Shown: piece after piece, positions 58,318-64,000 of the stretch
Position numbering within the stretch: position 1 is the stretch's first letter
Layout: each line of letters opens with the position of its first letter
Origin: Flectonema sp. DT1601
Lineage: Eukaryota
Length of the DNA stretch: 64,000 nucleotides
Assembly (NCBI GenBank): GCA_964019425.1
Contig: OZ025797.1
Location: forward strand, 1,178,001-1,242,000
Direction: 5' to 3'
The notes under the pieces: generated by a model
The model's input: only the letters and a program-made list of their open reading frames with translations
What the model was told of the DNA's origin: nothing
Database searches by the model: none
Position numbers and translations under genes: made by a program

Positions 58318-60210
58318 ATGGCTGGTAAGAAAGCAATGCGTCCGCAAGATAGAAGGGCAGCGGAAAGGAGAGAAAGAGAAAGGAAAGAGGCGAAGATGAT
58401 GAGGGAACAAGCCAGAAATGAGATCCGGGAAGAAGAAGAGGGGTCTCAGCAGGAGATAGAGTCCCAGCAACAGGAAGAAATGGAGATGGACTCTCCAGAA
58501 GTGCCAGAAGGAATCTCAGTAGAGGTGACCGCAGTAGGACCTCCAGCAGCATTTCAAGCAAGCCCTCAAAACAAGGAGGCAATTCAAACAAAGACAAGCC
58601 CTCAAAACAAAGAGGCAATTCAAATAAGCCCTCAAAACATAGAGGCACAAGGAAGTGTTTTAAAAACGAAACAAAGCCCTCCGTCAAATGAGGCACCCCA
58701 ATCAAGCCCTCAAATCAAAGAGGCACAAAGAAGATCAACGGTGATCTTGAATGGACCACCACCGAAACTCAACAAGGAGCATTTTAATTGCAAAATTCTC
58801 CAGCCAACTGATGACCTCAACAGCAAAACCAATGGAATTATACTTTCATTGGCTCAACAAGGAAGAAGCCTGGACGAACAATACTTCGAAAAGGCCAGCA
58901 AAACAAAGCAACTGACGATGGTGTTCACACGGCCACCTCCAAAACGTGCCCTAAAACACGCAACTGACTGCAGTCAGATACAAACGCCGGTCCAATTTGA
59001 TGGGCAAATAAGAATAAGATCATGGTGGTTTGTGACTTTTACCGGAGCAACCTACACCCCAACACTAATAGTGGCAACAAACATAAAGCCACCGATCACT
59101 CACGAACTCATCGCGTGGGCTACAACAAAGGAGCTAGGAGGAGATGCTATCAGAAACCCAGCATCGCTTACTGCAAAAATCAAGGCAGTGGTGGGTGATC
59201 AGGGACGGGTCGACACAAGGACATTCCGGATAGTTGGAAAGGGGGATTTTAGTGAAGTCACAGTCCTACCAAATGATGAAAAGGCAGCAATCGCACTGAT
59301 GCACAACTCAGGGAGTAACAAAGTTTACTTCAGGATAAAATCGATAGAGGGCCTGACCAAGCATGTCTATGAAACAGTATGGCTTGACAGGAAAACTTCG
59401 AATGAGGAAGCCATGGGAGTCCTGAAGGCACAACAAGACATGTGCATGGGGCTGACTACCAACTATGGGAAGATAGGGATAAGGGTGAGTGCCTCTGCAA
59501 ACGTAGAGAAAGTACGGAAGGGTGCCGGAAAATTCGCTGCGCAAGTCTACGGTGCTGGACTGTACCGTATCAGTGGTGCACAGTACAGGTGGTCGAACCG
59601 GCTCCAGGGAATGCTCTTGGAAGCGGGATTAAATTCTAAATTTATTCGCATGGAGAAAGGCGACTTCTTGGTCGCCCTCGATAAAAGTCCGAAAAGCCAG
59701 TTCTTACAATGTGGTGAGACCCTGATGTCTATTGAGAAAATGGAGCTGCCAGAAGACCAAAAACAACCAAAACCAGCCGTACAAAAGTATCGAGATGCGA
59801 AAATATCTTATGCGGAAGCAACTAAAAAGACACTGCAAGGAAACAAGCAGCCCCAAAAACAAGAAAATAAACTGCCCCCATCGCAGGGAAAAACGCAAGA
59901 ACTGAAGAAAGTAGAAGATGGTCTCAAGACTATGAAGGAAAGAACTGACGAGACGCTAGCAAAATTACAAACTGAGGTAGCTGACTTGCAAACTAGATTG
60001 GATGAAACGATGTCAAAAATGACGCAGATAATTGAAGGACTGACCAATGCGACAAAGAAAAATGAAGAAATGATTGTTAAAAATTATCAACAAATGTTGA
60101 ATGCAATATCTCAAATTGCAACCGCCGTCAACAAGATAGAAGCCAAGGTAGGGCTAAGCGGAACTACCCACCAAGTAACAGCAAACCAAAACCACTGTCA
60201 AAATGATTGA
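58318..60210 (+). CDS. ORF1 protein of copy 3 (630 aa from MAGKK)
   Basis: Near-identical N-terminus to copy 2 ORF1, diverged afterwards. Stop overlaps the ORF2 start by 8 nt. Confidence 0.85.
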   Translation: MAGKKAMRPQDRRAAERRERERKEAKMMREQARNEIREEEEGSQQEIESQQQEEMEMDSPEVPEGISVEVTAVGPPAAFQASPQNKEAIQTKTSPQNKEAIQISPQNIEAQGSVLKTKQSPPSNEAPQSSPQIKEAQRRSTVILNGPPPKLNKEHFNCKILQPTDDLNSKTNGIILSLAQQGRSLDEQYFEKASKTKQLTMVFTRPPPKRALKHATDCSQIQTPVQFDGQIRIRSWWFVTFTGATYTPTLIVATNIKPPITHELIAWATTKELGGDAIRNPASLTAKIKAVVGDQGRVDTRTFRIVGKGDFSEVTVLPNDEKAAIALMHNSGSNKVYFRIKSIEGLTKHVYETVWLDRKTSNEEAMGVLKAQQDMCMGLTTNYGKIGIRVSASANVEKVRKGAGKFAAQVYGAGLYRISGAQYRWSNRLQGMLLEAGLNSKFIRMEKGDFLVALDKSPKSQFLQCGETLMSIEKMELPEDQKQPKPAVQKYRDAKISYAEATKKTLQGNKQPQKQENKLPPSQGKTQELKKVEDGLKTMKERTDETLAKLQTEVADLQTRLDETMSKMTQIIEGLTNATKKNEEMIVKNYQQMLNAISQIATAVNKIEAKVGLSGTTHQVTANQNHCQND

Positions 60211-63200
60211 GATTTGGTCCAATAACATAAGATCGATACTACAAAATGAAAACTTCTTCCAATTAAATCGATCGTTAAGAGAGCACAAGCCAGAAATTGT
60301 TCTACTACAAGAAACATGGCTCAATTACGGAAAATTTCTGAATATAGATGGTTATATTATAATTCGAAGAGACAGCCTTCTGAAGGTAGGATACCGAGGT
60401 CTGGCCATACTTGTCAGAATGGATATTAAAAATTATGTGACAAAACTCCCCGACATCTCATACGACCAAACTGAGATACTATCTGTAGAATTGCGATCAA
60501 CACCGCCATTAAAAATACACAATGTATATCACCCGCCTAACGTAACGGCAAACACATGGAAGTTACCAACAGAGCCAGGAACACTGGTAGCAGGCGATAT
60601 CAACGGACATCATGAGATCTGGTCAAAAGGAAAGACGAATTCAGCAGGAACAAGCTTCTATAATTGGTCATTAGAAGCTGCCATGGAAGTATTAAACGAG
60701 CCCCAGCAGATAACGAGACCATTGAGCTCATCCTCCCCAGATATTATTGCTCTGGATAATTCAATGATGGCAAACATAGGACTGCTAAATGGATGGAGTA
60801 GTGACCATCTTCCAATAAGTGTAAAGATTGAAAACATACACTTGACGAAAACCAAAACACAATCGAACGAGATGTGGCAATGGAAATGGAAGTGTGCAAA
60901 GTGGCATGCATACTCGGAGGTTTTAACGACGGCGGCAACGAAGTTAAAGAATATTGAAACAGTGCAAAAACTTGCAAAAAGGATCTCTGTAGAAATTCTG
61001 AAGGCTGCGAAACAAACCATACCGGGCTATAAGAAAAGGACGCAAACCACCTTCTCAGTGATGAACCCAACCAGGACAAAGTTGACAAGGATGCCATTGC
61101 GGAAGGCATCAGAAAAATTAAAAGAAACATCATCGAATGTGACATGACTGGGATGGACTACCAATGGGCTTTCAGAAAAGTAAAGCAACTTGAAGGGGGC
61201 ATTGTTGATAATAACATTAGCGAATTAGAACATGAAGGCAGTACAACAACTGATCCAAAAGAAATGGCAGACATATTTACCACGGCATACGCGACACAAT
61301 TCAATCTGGTAGACGACGAAGTGCCCTCCTTGGTATTTGAGAACAAACCAGGGGACGAAGGCAATGAAGAATTCACAATGAGAGAACTAAAGCGACAGCT
61401 CAAGAAATTAAAAGACAAGAAAGCACCTGGACCGGATGGGGTGTGGAACACTATGTTAAAGAAACTCCCAGAAACATTTATGGTGCAACTCTTACGGCTG
61501 TTCAACATGACTTGGGAAAAGTCGGCGGTTCCGAGATCTTGGAAGTATGGGATAGTAGTTCCAATCTTAAAATCGGGAAAAGACAAGAAACGTGTACTCT
61601 CTTACCGACCAATAACATTGACGTCAGCAATAAGCAAGTTGTTTGAGAAGATGATGGCAGAAAGGATGCATCATTTACTTGGGGACAGAATGAGTGCGCG
61701 GCAAGCCGCATATAAAAGAGGGCGCAGTGCCGTAGAAAATCTCTGCATGATAACAGAGAGACTACTAGATGGAAGGTACCGAGGTAGGGAATCGATGTTA
61801 ATGACGTTTGACCTGCAGAAGGCATTCGATGCCGTCCAACCGAAAATTCTACTGAAGAGGATGTCTGAAGTTGGGATACCGGCGAAATACACAAGATGGG
61901 TCCAGAGCTATTTGACTGGGAGAAAGATCACAACCAGAGTAAACGGCGAAAAGGGAACATTCAAACACATACAAGTTGGAGTACCCCAAGGAAGTGTCCT
62001 AGGACCACAGCTATTCTCGATATACATCGAAAGCCTTATACGAGAATTGAATAGGTATAAACCAGCAGTCTTTGCAGATGATGTTGGGCTCGTGATGACA
62101 TCTCCAGATGTTAAAGGACTGGAGGACAAAGCTAACACAGCAGTACGCATCTTCTCAAATTGGGCCGCAGCATCCCACATTTGTATAAACAAGAGCCCGG
62201 GTAAAACAGAGTTCATACATGTGAGGCCGGATACCGATAGCCAAGACAATAAGTCTCCACAAGTGCTATACCCGGAGGGGCACACCTTCAAATATGTCGT
62301 CACAACAGCAGAGGCCATCCGAAAAATGCTAAATAATCAGGACTCAACTACTATAGGCAATTCTAAAAAGGCGATAACACATTTCTATGTGGTTCCGCAG
62401 CATAAAATAAAACGAAAATTACCGACGACAGAAACTGTATTGGTAGACATGCAGATGGAACCTAGTAAATGCTCACAACTGCAAAAGGTTCGCACCAGAG
62501 GAGACATCCTGAGGATGCTACAAGGAACTGGATCTGGTCTCAAGGCTTTTGCATTTTCGGTGGTGGACAAACTACATGAAACGGATGTAGTAAGATACTT
62601 GGGAGTTCTGTACGACAAAAACCTCGACTTCAAAACTCACATGCGAAAGATGATGACGGCAGCCTCCAGAGGACTGGGGCTCCTGCTAAGACTCTCCAGG
62701 ATGGGATGCAGGAAGAGAACCCTCATCTGTGTTCTGGTGACCGTTGTAATGGCGAGAGTGCTCTATGGGGTTGAAAGTTTTGCCTGGCTGCTGCCAAAGA
62801 GAGGTGACGTCAGTCTTGAGAGGCTAAACATCTTAATAAACAGAGCCGCTAGACAGGTAACGGGATGTCTGCCAAGCACCAGACTGAGGAACTTGTACCA
62901 TGAAGCAGATATGCCGAAATTACAAGAACACATACGCTACAAGATGTGTAGGGCCTATGAAGAATTCAAATTAAGTCCCCACCTACCAGCTTGTAGCCTC
63001 ACAATGACGGAGGGAGGCCTAAACTACCCACCAAAAACAGCTTGGGGTCGCATAGTTTGGGATGAATATGTGTCGGGGATCCCGGGACTCGACAAACACA
63101 GAAGCTCGTATCACTCGGAAATCAATCCAAAGCACTATAAGATGCGATCATGGAAGGTAACTAATGCAATGGAATTCAACTACTGTTTTGGAAAAGAAGA

Positions 63201-64000
63201 GGCAAAAGACAAAGAAGCCGGTCTACCAATTGAAGACGTGAAGGTGTACACAGATGGGTCTATTAGACATAGGACGAAGACGTACATGACTAAGTCAGGA
63301 GCATCTGTGATAATAGTGAAGGGTAAGGAAGTTAGCATGACCGGATTCAGAATACCTGTAGCAGGAAGCTCCTACAGAACTGAACAGATAGCCGTGGAAC
63401 AAGCGATGAGGATACTCCTGAAAAACAAAAAGGCATCCGAAGGAATACTTCCCACAACAAAGACGCATATTCTAACTGACTCAATGTCGCTAATACAGGC
63501 ACTTGAGCGAGGACCTGAAGAACAGAAATCTGCTACAAACGCATCAATCTGGAAGTTAGCACTGAAACTGGAACACAGAGGTGTTAATATTAACATGCAG
63601 TATGTCCCAGCACATATGGATGTGCTGTATAATGAAATAGCAGACAAGGTGGCAAAACACGCTGCAGGTACGATAAAGAAACCTCCAGATGACAGTGTGG
63701 TACTCGAGAGTTTAGTTACTAGACTGGATATGGGAACCCTTATGACTTTTCACAAGAGAAGAAAACGAGAGGAGTGGATTGGAGCCGGCGAACAGAGGCA
63801 TCCACCTTTTGTAGAAGAACTGACGAGACCACAAGAAGTCCTAATGTCCCGCTTCAGAGTTGGACACTGTAGATCTCTTAAACTAAAAGGAATGAACGAA
63901 CAGTGCATCTTCTGTCATGGAGATACTGCAACACCGCATCATGTGCTTTTCAAGTGCAACCACTGGTGTATCCAAAAGATGAGATCATTGTACATACACA
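60203..64000 (+). pseudogene. ORF2 of copy 3 (APE-RT-RNase H-CCHC), broken by a ~28-nt deletion near 61068
   Basis: APE in ORF 60203-61147. A second frame from ~61069 carries FADD (~62071), YLG (~62596), YTDGS (~63247) and CIFC (~63904) to the window end. Confidence 0.9.

Larger units (their letters stand above)
58305..64000 (+). mobile_element. Non-LTR retrotransposon copy 3, most divergent, ORF2 frameshifted, runs off the window
   Basis: Same architecture as copy 2. The 5' boundary is uncertain (58261 or 58305). Confidence 0.92.

Noticed and set aside
61060..61080. Programmed frameshift in copy 3 ORF2
   Set aside because: Alignment to copies 1 and 2 shows about nine codons missing, so it is a deletion.
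48718..64000. LTR retrotransposon or simple segmental tandem duplication
   Set aside because: APE domain, poly(A) tails, 5' truncation and no integrase or protease. Element bodies are too diverged for a recent duplication.

Overview
Eukaryotic, AT-rich protist DNA. The host looks euglenozoan, possibly diplonemid-like; this is inferred from all 11 host genes lying on one strand, an AG acceptor shortly before most start codons, and few short GT-AG introns. Three zones. (1) 1-8.2 kb is a transposon nest: an intact Mutator-like transposase plus hAT, pogo-like and two non-LTR RT remnants. (2) 8.6-45.4 kb is a co-oriented gene cluster: TPR-HECT ligase, a divergent dynein-heavy-chain-like gene, RUS1 family, two kinases, a putative glycoside hydrolase, a Cys-rich secreted protein, an LRR-IQ protein and three RPS11 copies. 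(3) 46-64 kb holds an internally deleted piggyBac, a tRNA-Ser(GCT) gene and, starting about 60-77 bp upstream of that tRNA, a head-to-tail stack of three divergent APE-RT-RNase H non-LTR retrotransposons. The best candidate for an undescribed system is this stack. It looks like a tRNA-gene-targeting retrotransposon family, with readable target-site duplications, near-identical terminal modules on diverged bodies, a 3' stem-loop and a conserved ~100-aa insertion inside the RT.
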